A DNA stretch of 64,000 nt, taken from IMG/VR virus record IMGVR_UViG_3300020049_005939, positions 1 through 64,000 of that record; one strand, written 5' to 3'. The notes under the pieces are model-generated. The model made no database searches. It saw only the letters and a program-made list of their open reading frames with translations, and was not told where the DNA came from. The position numbers and the translations under genes are program-made. Source of the DNA: a virus (lineage: Duplodnaviria; Caudoviricetes). Within the stretch, counting starts at the first letter, position 1, and every line of letters begins with the position of its first letter. Below are positions 47,424 through 55,410 of the stretch, in pieces.

Positions 47424-47697
47424 TAAACGCCTTCTTTAGTTTAAGAGTTAGTTGATACTTAGCCCATTCCTCGTAAAATTGTTTTTCTGTTATGCTAGTT
47501 GTTGATCCTGGTAACCAGTGTACACGCCTCGGCGCAAAGCCACCACCCGCCAAAAATTTATTAAACATATCTTTGTTCATGTAGTCCGAATTCACAGGTT
47601 TAAAATTTGAAGAAATAGGTCTTAAAGCCCTAACTATAACATTTCCACATACGTAATACCCTATTCCGTGTGATTGTATCTTTTTAAATCCCAGCAT
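47416..47697 (-). CDS. Small protein with shared C-terminal helix
   Basis: Tail FYEEWAKYQLTLKLKKAFNG. Confidence 0.7.
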   Translation of the reverse strand: MLGFKKIQSHGIGYYVCGNVIVRALRPISSNFKPVNSDYMNKDMFNKFLAGGGFAPRRVHWLPGSTTSITEKQFYEEWAKYQLTLKLKKAFNG

Positions 47698-47893
47698 TGT
47701 GCTCCAATAAAGTCCTTTTAATATATAGAAGACAAGAACTTAATTGTGTGTCCATTGAAGGATAATTAATGAGCATGTAGTCAATGTAAATAAGATATCG
47801 TTCGTCTGCAATGTAAACTTTATTACCCAATATGTCAAGTAGCTCTGGATAGCTTAATCCTTTTAAGTAATTTACCCATTCTAGACTAGTCAC
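47684..47893 (-). CDS. Hypothetical protein, probably leaderless
   Basis: GTG start 7 nt after TATAAT. Confidence 0.5.
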   Translation of the reverse strand: MTSLEWVNYLKGLSYPELLDILGNKVYIADERYLIYIDYMLINYPSMDTQLSSCLLYIKRTLLEHNAGI

Positions 47894-47899
47894 AATGAG

Positions 47900-47928
47900 A
47901 TTATATCATAGGTAATGCAAAATGCAAA
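47900..47928 (-). promoter_or_regulatory. Sigma70-type promoter for the small-ORF island
   Basis: TTTGCA-17 nt-TATAAT with TG extension. Confidence 0.6.
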
Positions 47929-48711
47929 CTATTTGTAATACCAGTGGTACCCTCGCGCTCCTACCCGATCTCCCTTGAGTACCCTATTAACTTCTTTGGG
48001 TTTAAATCCATCAGATTCAACATCTTTTAGGTGTTGATATTCCTTAATCTCCCCAGTAGTCATGTGTTTTCTTATGATAGGTTTAAGCCACGATTGTTTG
48101 AATGACCCTATAAGGTTAAGAGCTTCTTTTTTGTAGGACTCAGGGTCATCCGTGGTCTTATAGAACCAACAATAGTCTTGGCCTTTAGCTGATTCTTTAT
48201 TTAGACAGTCGTAGATGGATCTAACTGAGAAACCAGCGCGACGAGCATCGTGTACTCTTTCGTAAAATTTAACATCTCCACTGTAAATGGATACTGATAC
48301 TATTGGAACAGCTCTATGAGCGGACTCTTCCTTCATTCTCGTAATTCGGTGTTGTTTTTTAATCGGATCTTTCCAAGACTCTTTTACTTTATTAGAGATA
48401 TATTCTCTTGGGATTGTGGGTCTAGCTGGGATACAATTATATCCTTTCTGAGTTGTGTACGCTTCGTAAAGTTCTATAAAATAATTTTCTTTTTCAATTA
48501 AACTGGTTCCGAATGGTACTTCGTAAATTAAAGTGAAAGTAAATTTATCAGCTCCATATTTATGGATAGCTTTATGTAAAGGTCTTTGAGATTTTTCATT
48601 AGACTCTAGTTGATGTCTTTTCCACCTATCGTAAGGATTTTGTAAAGATGTTGAACCGATGTAAATTCTAGTATTAACTGAATTTGTTATTTTATATATG
48701 TAACCGGGCAT
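47929..48711 (-). CDS. Free-standing GIY-YIG homing endonuclease
   Basis: GYIYKITN...IYIGST, R...H, E...I, GYN; two NUMOD1-like repeats; ATG at 48711 after GGAG. Confidence 0.85.
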   Translation of the reverse strand: MPGYIYKITNSVNTRIYIGSTSLQNPYDRWKRHQLESNEKSQRPLHKAIHKYGADKFTFTLIYEVPFGTSLIEKENYFIELYEAYTTQKGYNCIPARPTIPREYISNKVKESWKDPIKKQHRITRMKEESAHRAVPIVSVSIYSGDVKFYERVHDARRAGFSVRSIYDCLNKESAKGQDYCWFYKTTDDPESYKKEALNLIGSFKQSWLKPIIRKHMTTGEIKEYQHLKDVESDGFKPKEVNRVLKGDRVGARGYHWYYK

Positions 48712-48730
48712 TATATTATCTCCTAGAGCT

Positions 48731-48770
48731 AGTATAACAAAAGAAAAGGCAGAAGTCAATCTGCCTTTTC
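48731..48770 (-). terminator. Intrinsic terminator after the MCP gene, overlapping a sigma70 promoter
   Basis: 11-bp stem GAAAAGGCAGA/TCTGCCTTTTC followed by TTTT; the loop is TTGACT (-35), then 17 nt, then TATACT (-10). Confidence 0.8.
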
Positions 48771-48799
48771 CATTTGAATAATATTAAGCTAAGCGCTTA

Positions 48800-49856
48800 T
48801 TATGAAGCGTTAACTACGTTACGGACGAGCACGTTATGGCCCGGTGCTGAGCAAAACAATGCTTGATCCGAGAAACAACGTAACTCGTATCCAGCAGAGT
48901 TTTCAAGATCTCGGAAGAACTCGTCGCCCTGACCAGGACGTTTGAACGTCAAGTCAGTTGAACCAATTCTGTACCAATCTTCAACAGCAACTAGGTAAGC
49001 ATAACCTTCTTTAACGTGAATAGAAGGCTCAATTACGAGCGTTCCATTTTGCGAATGGAAAGTTAGCGACTTAGCGCCGTTTTGCATTGACTTCTCGCTG
49101 TACGACTGATCGTACATACGAAGAGCGGCTTGGTCATTCAAGAGGTTCGACCATGCTCGGTTATTAACCAAACATAGAAGTTCTCCGTCTTGACCTTTTT
49201 CTACAGCGCGAGCTGCTGCGTTTGTAAGTTTGTTAAAACTTAGTGCAGCAGAAGCAGCGTCGTAGGTGTTACCTTTGAAAAGGTTATAAGCACTGGTGTC
49301 AATACCGAACAAAGTACCAGACGTAATGCTGATAATTTTATGAATTCCTGCGAATTCATTTCCGTATGCGCCTTTGTGCCAGATAACGTCTTCTGAGTCA
49401 ACAGTTACGACGACGCCAGGAACGGCTGAAGCTAGGGTAAGAGTACGAAGATCCATATCAACCGATTTAATGACTGCTTCACCGCGTGAAGTCAATCCGT
49501 CGTTTGAACGAATTTCGATAGGCATGTTCTCAGAACCTGCCCAAATACCGGGTGCCCATTCGGAAGTACGAATGGTTAGAACTGCGCCTGAAACAGCAGA
49601 GATACGACCGTATCCCATTTGTCCGTAGAGCATTTCGATTTCTAATTTCTTAGCCATCGAACGCAACATGTTAGCAACCAAGAATTTGGTTGCATCCATG
49701 AATGCTTTTTCTCCACCTTGTGCAGCTCTGCTTGCCGAAGAGTAACCAAGGATAGAACGAAGAACCAAAGGATTACCTTTGATTGTCGCATCTTTGATTA
49801 CGCCTGCGACTGGAGCATTCAAGTTGAATGCATCTTCGTCGCTACCGGCAAAGGTT
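48800..49856 (-). CDS. Major capsid protein, exon 3
   Basis: Joins exon 2 as EHG-V-TFAGSDEDAFNLNAPVAG; HK97-like content; downstream of the scaffold gene. Confidence 0.85.
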
Positions 49857-50717
49857 CGTTGCCGGAATGTTATCGCTAAAGCTTTTTATCTCTAGCTTCT
49901 TCTAGTTTCCTAGAAGGTCAGCATATCTTTTCATCCTATATATAGGAGCTGAAGTCTCGTGGCAGAATTATATTCTAGATTATTCTCTAGGTTCATCTGC
50001 TATGCGTTGCGCGTGTGAAAAATCTTTATTTTCTTCACTTCCGCTCTGATTAGCATCGAAAATATATTTAAAAGTGTATCCCTTACTGCTATTTCTTCCA
50101 TAAGCTTTTTTGCAAATGGATACAACATTAGATGGGTTTAAACCGTAATTTAAACATTCTCTAACAGTTTGTAAAATAGTTATTTCTCCAGTTTTAATAT
50201 TTGTCATTTCAATTGGGCGTCCACCTAATCCTCTAGCAATTTTAATTCTTTGCTCGGTAGATCGGACTTCCCCTCTTCGACAAAGGACGGGTTTTCCTTT
50301 TTTAGCTTCACTAATCTTTTTTCTTAATTCATCGGAACAAATTCCGTTTTGTTCGCCGCCAGCTCTATGATTATATCCATTCGGATGCATAGAGTTATTC
50401 GATTGAACAAATTGAACTTCCAATGAATTGAGTTCAGATATAGTGTCAGCAGTTGCAATTTCTTCCACGGTAAAGTTTTGTCTACCGTGTTTTTTAATAG
50501 CACTGCTAATATGCCTATTGCCACGTTTTTCATTACAATGATCTTCAAATCTATCATTAACAGAAGGTTTAGTTGTTTGACCAACATAGACCTTACCGTC
50601 TATCAGATTTGTGATTTTGTAAATTTTACCGTAGCTCATATTTTCGTTTTAGCCTTCCAAGTTTTTACTTCAGTACTTATTGTAACATTACTGTTACAAA
50701 GGGGCAACCTTTATTTT
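49857..50717 (-). mobile_element. Group I intron 2 in the MCP gene (861 nt) with homing endonuclease
   Basis: P1 GGGGU/GCCCC with U-G; P10 AACCUU/AAGGUU; P7 ACGCAUA/UAUGCU; terminal G. Confidence 0.9.
49980..50639 (-). CDS. Intron-encoded GIY-YIG homing endonuclease
   Basis: GKIYKITN...VYVGQT, NGYN, NUMOD3-like SDELRKKISEAKKGK; the 3' end overlaps the ribozyme core. Confidence 0.9.
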   Translation of the reverse strand: MSYGKIYKITNLIDGKVYVGQTTKPSVNDRFEDHCNEKRGNRHISSAIKKHGRQNFTVEEIATADTISELNSLEVQFVQSNNSMHPNGYNHRAGGEQNGICSDELRKKISEAKKGKPVLCRRGEVRSTEQRIKIARGLGGRPIEMTNIKTGEITILQTVRECLNYGLNPSNVVSICKKAYGRNSSKGYTFKYIFDANQSGSEENKDFSHAQRIADEPRE

Positions 50718-50761
50718 ACCCCGTGTTCTAATCCCAAGATAACAGGCTGGTGATATAGATT
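50718..50761 (-). CDS. Major capsid protein, exon 2 (44 nt; alternative start 50773)
   Basis: NLYHQPVILGLEHG+GT, in frame with exons 1 and 3. Confidence 0.8.
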
Positions 50762-51045
50762 TGATATTGTTACCGAAAAGCTGTTAAGGCTTTTCTTCTG
50801 CATATCGCTATGCAGTCCAGACTATATTTTCACCCAGAGTTTGGGTGGCGCGACCTCGCGGAGAAATTATATTCTAATTGTTAAAACAACTTAGTTTCAT
50901 TCTCTAGTCGTTGCGGCTGGCCAAATTTTGATTTTTAGCCTTCACCTCGAATTGTCTCATTAACTACCAGGGATGTCAATGAGAGATTTTCGTTTTTTTC
51001 GCGCTTCCTAAGCTCTAGTTACCTAGAACTTCCGGCAATCATTTC
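50762..51045 (-). mobile_element. Group I intron 1 in the MCP gene (about 284 nt, no ORF)
   Basis: P1 CCGGU/GCCGG with U-G; P7 ACGACUA/UAGUCU; P9 hairpins; 3' end ambiguous (50762 or 50774). Confidence 0.85.
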
Positions 51046-51186
51046 ACCGGGCTGTCGATCCTTAGGAGCGAACTTGATTTTGTTAAGTAATTTAACTCCA
51101 TCTGGAATCAATTCTTTCAGCTTATCTGCATAAGCCTCTTTAAAGAGTCCATTCAGAGTTTGAATGTTATTTGAAGTACTAGACAT
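51046..51186 (-). CDS. Major capsid protein, exon 1
   Basis: MSSTSNNIQTLNGLFKEAYADKLKELIPDG...RQPG; AAGGA SD; spliced product about 413 aa. Confidence 0.85.
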
Positions 51187-51202
51187 TATTTATTTCCTTT
51201 CC

Positions 51203-51655
51203 TTATTCGGCTACAACGTATTCAACTTCAAGTGATGCATCTAAAGTATTTGCAGCAGTGAAGTCAACGGTTGAGTCGCAAGTGAGCATCATATTGCCCA
51301 AGCTTGTTAGTCCATCAGCATCGCCAAGAAATACTGGATGACTTACGCCATCAATACGACTAGCAATACGAGCAGACACCACTTTTGCAACAGCTTCGTT
51401 AGTTTTAACGAGGATGTTGAAGATACCTGTTGCATCAGCAGCAGCTACCGAATACGTGGCAGTTTCGCCAGAGGCTAAAGCGCCACTAGCAGTTGTGATT
51501 TGATCCGTATCCTGAGTTCTGATAAAGAGAACTGCGGGTTCGTCATTCGAAGTCGTTGACGTGCCTGCTGAACCCACTACCAAAAAAGGAATGGATAATT
51601 TTTGGACTTTAAGTTGCCGACTGGAAACTTGTGGGTCCTTTGCATTATAATTCAT
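51203..51655 (-). CDS. Capsid-associated protein
   Basis: Lies between scaffold and MCP; beta-rich. Confidence 0.5.
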   Translation of the reverse strand: MNYNAKDPQVSSRQLKVQKLSIPFLVVGSAGTSTTSNDEPAVLFIRTQDTDQITTASGALASGETATYSVAAADATGIFNILVKTNEAVAKVVSARIASRIDGVSHPVFLGDADGLTSLGNMMLTCDSTVDFTAANTLDASLEVEYVVAE

Positions 51656-51830
51656 AGTTTTTATCCTTTGAATATTTGTTTGTGGTTATATCTAGCTTGC
51701 GCTAGACGTGTTGATTAGTGTCATTTAGGATATCTCTGCTCTGTCTTGCAGGTTACGGAGAGTCGTCACAACACATTGAAAGTCTTATATAAGTTGTTAA
51801 TTTATCTTAATAATTAGATAAATCAATGAC

Positions 51831-52769
51831 TTATATACCGAACATTTGTCTAATAGTTTTCTTTTCAGGAGCAGCCTCAGGCTTTTTAGGGCTAGATTGA
51901 CCAACATCCTTAATTGCTGCCTTAACAGGGACAGGAGGAGCTTGCTTAGCTTTAGCTAGTTGCTTCTTACGAAGTTTACCAACTACATCCTTACCAATAA
52001 TAGACTCAATAACGTCTTCAGGCATCACTGCAAACATTTCCTTAAGATCATTAGTCATTTCTTCACGAACCAAAGGAATGACATCTTCAGGAGTGACATC
52101 CAAACCATTTTGGACAGCCATACTCATGTATTCAGCAATCTTTTTAACAGTATAAGGAGTTTTAGGTAGGTCAGTTTTCTCTAAAGCATTAGTCATGAGT
52201 TGGTCATAACGCTCATATTCACGTTCTTGAAGACGTTCAAACTCTTTAGCGGACATTTCTTCTTTTTCACGCTTAGTTTGTTCTTTAAGTTCTCTAAGTT
52301 CATTCTCAAGCTTCTCTTTTTCAAGTTGTTCAGGAGATTTCCTAGAGTTTTCAATCTCTTCTTCAAGAATTTGAGCAGCGAATTTCTTAATATCGACACC
52401 AATTGAAGGGTCGCTCAAGATTTTCTTAGGGTTTTTCTTAAGTTCATCAATAAAAGAACGGACTTCTTTTTCTAATTGACCATACTCAGCCATACGCTTC
52501 TGGGAAGCTTTAGCTAATTGAGCTTGACGAGTTAGATATTCTCTAGCTTGAGAGTTATCTTCGTCAATTTCGAATGGTAGTTCTTCGTCGTATTCTTTAC
52601 CATCGACTTTTAATTTTAATTTATTGAGTTTTTTCTTAATAGCAGCTTGAACTGCTTCAGGGGCAGCAGCTTGAGGAGAGCCATCAGCATTTAGTTGCTG
52701 AGAAGACTCAGAAGATTCACTATTTTCTAGATTTTGAGGGGCGGGAGCAGAATTATTTTGATTTTCCAT
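51831..52769 (-). CDS. Capsid scaffolding protein
   Basis: KLKVDGKE motif, charged coiled coil, position upstream of the MCP gene. Confidence 0.75.
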   Translation of the reverse strand: MENQNNSAPAPQNLENSESSESSQQLNADGSPQAAAPEAVQAAIKKKLNKLKLKVDGKEYDEELPFEIDEDNSQAREYLTRQAQLAKASQKRMAEYGQLEKEVRSFIDELKKNPKKILSDPSIGVDIKKFAAQILEEEIENSRKSPEQLEKEKLENELRELKEQTKREKEEMSAKEFERLQEREYERYDQLMTNALEKTDLPKTPYTVKKIAEYMSMAVQNGLDVTPEDVIPLVREEMTNDLKEMFAVMPEDVIESIIGKDVVGKLRKKQLAKAKQAPPVPVKAAIKDVGQSSPKKPEAAPEKKTIRQMFGI

Positions 52770-52915
52770 ATATTTTCCTTGATTCGTCCTTTAGAATAGG
52801 ATAGAATAGGTTATATCGTCCTTTATTGGATAGATATTATATAATAAGTTGTTAATTATGTTAGAATTGATTGTAATATCGACAGTTATATTAGCGGCAA
52901 TGAGCTACTTAATTA

Positions 52916-53656
52916 TTACTGACCGCTCTTAAAGCGTTCAATAGCTTTTAAACGGGCTTCTTGCAAACCGGCTTTATTTCTTTGAGCAAAGTCTACTTCT
53001 CTACCGAGTTTATTAGTGGCACGTCTTACGTCGTCCATAGTCATACCCTTTTCACCCTTCATGGCTTGGTCTAGGACTTTATTTGCTTCAGCCATACCCT
53101 TACTGACCTTACTCTCTTCTTTCACGCCTTTAAGGGCTTTCTGGACAGCGGGAAGGGCTTTTGAAGCAGAGGAGTACGCTCGCACTGATCCTTTAGCCAT
53201 ACCCAATCCTTCGGCAACGGGGGCGTTTAAGGCTAGATCGGATACAAACTCTCCAGCTCCTTGTAAAGGGAATTCTTCTTGGCCTGGGGCGCGTAAAGGA
53301 GCACCCGATTCTTCAAGCATTTCATTAAATCGTCTTGAAACTTGACGACTAGAAGTTGGTTTATTAGACCAAGCGGCAGTTAATGGATTTTCTTTATTCA
53401 TAGCAGCAACCGCAGCAGCTCGCATTGGGTTTCCACTAAATCTATCCATTTTATCATTAAGCATGGAGAATCTATTCTTAGGTTCTTCTTTAATTGGAGC
53501 TTGAGGGGGAGCTTCGGGAGCAGGAATTTCTTCCATAGGAGCCCCAGACCGTTGAGCAATCATGAGTTTTTCCATTTTATCAAGTTTAGCTTGATCCGAA
53601 GGACTCATTTCTTGAGATTCTCTTAATTGCTTTAATTGGTTGTAATCAATAGGCAT
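52916..53656 (-). CDS. Hypothetical virion-region protein
   Basis: 246-aa A/E/K-rich ORF. Confidence 0.55.
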   Translation of the reverse strand: MPIDYNQLKQLRESQEMSPSDQAKLDKMEKLMIAQRSGAPMEEIPAPEAPPQAPIKEEPKNRFSMLNDKMDRFSGNPMRAAAVAAMNKENPLTAAWSNKPTSSRQVSRRFNEMLEESGAPLRAPGQEEFPLQGAGEFVSDLALNAPVAEGLGMAKGSVRAYSSASKALPAVQKALKGVKEESKVSKGMAEANKVLDQAMKGEKGMTMDDVRRATNKLGREVDFAQRNKAGLQEARLKAIERFKSGQ

Positions 53657-53719
53657 AGCTATTTTTTCTTTCGTTTAGCATAAGCATCTTTTAGAAGAGC
53701 TTTAAGAGAAGTGAATGTG

Positions 53720-54031
53720 TTAGAAGTTGTTGCCATTTGGATTTCTTCTCATTCGTTCCAAAGCTTTCATTCTTGCTTGTTTTTCAAGTTCAATATCAGC
53801 AGAACCTAACTCAGTATTGGTAATTTTTTCTCGCGCAGTATCTCTAGCATCCAGCGTTGCGTCGCCAACAGCTTGAGTTGCTGATCCCCAAAGTGATCCA
53901 ATTTTATCTGATGCTGCTTTTTTTGCCTTAATTACATCAAGCTTTAACTTATCAGCCGGAGTAAGTTGACCAGAAGCTTCTTGTTTTAGTAAAAAATCAT
54001 AATAATCGTCTCTATTTTGCGCGTCGGCCAT
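53720..54031 (-). CDS. Hypothetical protein
   Basis: 103-aa ORF. Confidence 0.55.
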   Translation of the reverse strand: MADAQNRDDYYDFLLKQEASGQLTPADKLKLDVIKAKKAASDKIGSLWGSATQAVGDATLDARDTAREKITNTELGSADIELEKQARMKALERMRRNPNGNNF

Positions 54032-54491
54032 AGCTATATCCTTTTAATCGTTCTTTCAATTTACGAAATTTTTGTATATACGGATGATTAGTAAGTTTAT
54101 CAGGGGTGATGTCTCTAGGGTCAAGATTATGACCCATATTATGCATGTATGCAGCTTTATCCATGTCGCCGCCTGCGCGTTCAAGGTTTCTATCCATAAA
54201 CGGATTAATTACTTTTTCTTCTAAGTCAGGGTGAGATTCTAATAATTCTTTTAATTGACCTGAGTCCATACCTCTTAAAGGTTCTAACTCGGGATCTAGG
54301 GTGTCATTAACCGATCCCCTAGTTAAAGTTTCTTGAACTGTGTTAGGCATTAGACCATATCTACCAATAGCAGAGTCCCCTGAATGTATACCATTCTGAA
54401 GTTGCTTATGTTTAAAGTTTTTCCCACCGGAAGACTCTATCTGAGCAATCAACTGCTTAAATCGTTCTCGATCTTGTTTATTCTGATCCAT
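54012..54491 (-). CDS. Lysozyme-like / lytic transglycosylase protein
   Basis: IAQIESSGG (catalytic Glu), AIGRYGLMPNT, AAY.HNMG. Confidence 0.75.
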   Translation of the reverse strand: MDQNKQDRERFKQLIAQIESSGGKNFKHKQLQNGIHSGDSAIGRYGLMPNTVQETLTRGSVNDTLDPELEPLRGMDSGQLKELLESHPDLEEKVINPFMDRNLERAGGDMDKAAYMHNMGHNLDPRDITPDKLTNHPYIQKFRKLKERLKGYSYGRRAK

Positions 54492-54823
54492 TAAATACTC
54501 TTACTTGAAATATAACAATTTAATACACCTGTACTTGATGAGAATGTGTAAACTACTCTAATAAATTGGTAATGAGCGCCATTAGAATTGAGCAAATACT
54601 GACTAGCAGCTCCACCGGCAGCTTGGGTAGCTAGAACAAAGAAGTTAACACCATCATTAGATGCTTCAACTGTTAAGTTACCAACTGGAGTCCCAGTCCA
54701 AATAGCATGAACTGCATGGCCAGAAGTATTCCCAATATCAATAACTTCAGAAGTTCGCGTGGCAGACATTGCTACATCTGAAAACACTCGTTTATTTAAA
54801 ACTAACATTGGTAGTAATGGCAT
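54491..54823 (-). CDS. Structural beta-sandwich protein
   Basis: GNLTVEASNDGVNF, IRVVYT. Confidence 0.55.
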   Translation of the reverse strand: MPLLPMLVLNKRVFSDVAMSATRTSEVIDIGNTSGHAVHAIWTGTPVGNLTVEASNDGVNFFVLATQAAGGAASQYLLNSNGAHYQFIRVVYTFSSSTGVLNCYISSKSI

Positions 54824-54832
54824 TTTAATCTC

Positions 54833-55255
54833 TTATTTCTTAATTCTTTGTTTAATTTTGTAATCTCTGATCTCAGCACTTTCGCAAATTGCACCTAAAG
54901 TTTGTTCGGTACCAGGACTTACAGATCCACCTTTAATAACTTCACTAATTTTAGAACACAACTCGTTATCCAGTTGTAAAAGAACTTGATAAAAAGTCGA
55001 ATTCTCTTTTACGCCAACCGAAGGGAGTTGTTGAAGTCTTTGAGCTACTTCTGAATGTAAACTTTGGTATTGAACTGCTTCTTCTCCGAGTAACCCAATA
55101 ATTCGTTCAATAACTGAATCGTAATCACCTTCAACAGTAGAGTAAACTTCACCAAAAAACTCATGATCAGAATGGAATGGAGTTCTTCCGCAGAAATTGT
55201 GTGCCCCATGCGCAAATAACTGAATTAATCGTAACTGCTTTAAAATTTCTCTCAT
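54833..55255 (-). CDS. Ferritin/Dps-like four-helix protein (DUF5856-like)
   Basis: H..H, HSDHEFFGEVY, D..IERIIG ferroxidase-type residues. Confidence 0.7.
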   Translation of the reverse strand: MREILKQLRLIQLFAHGAHNFCGRTPFHSDHEFFGEVYSTVEGDYDSVIERIIGLLGEEAVQYQSLHSEVAQRLQQLPSVGVKENSTFYQVLLQLDNELCSKISEVIKGGSVSPGTEQTLGAICESAEIRDYKIKQRIKK

Positions 55256-55256
55256 G

Positions 55257-55409
55257 TTAATGTCCCAGTCTCAATGCTACACTTAAAATAATATTAACCA
55301 CCACGCTAAAACCGAAAAGCATTTTATACAGTTTAGCTTTTTTTACATGGCTATTATATTTGATAGGTCTATCTACCGAACGGCTATCCATGAATTTAAT
55401 TTTTGCCAT
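55257..55409 (-). CDS. Small membrane protein (50 aa)
   Basis: C-terminal TM; fills the gap exactly. Confidence 0.45.
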   Translation of the reverse strand: MAKIKFMDSRSVDRPIKYNSHVKKAKLYKMLFGFSVVVNIILSVALRLGH

Positions 55410-55410
55410 A

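Noticed and set aside
52858-52932. 24-aa hydrophobic + strand ORF (MLELIVISTVILAAMSYLIITDRS), toxin-like
   Set aside because: No SD; AT-rich intergenic DNA readily gives hydrophobic peptides; it overlaps a late gene's stop codon.
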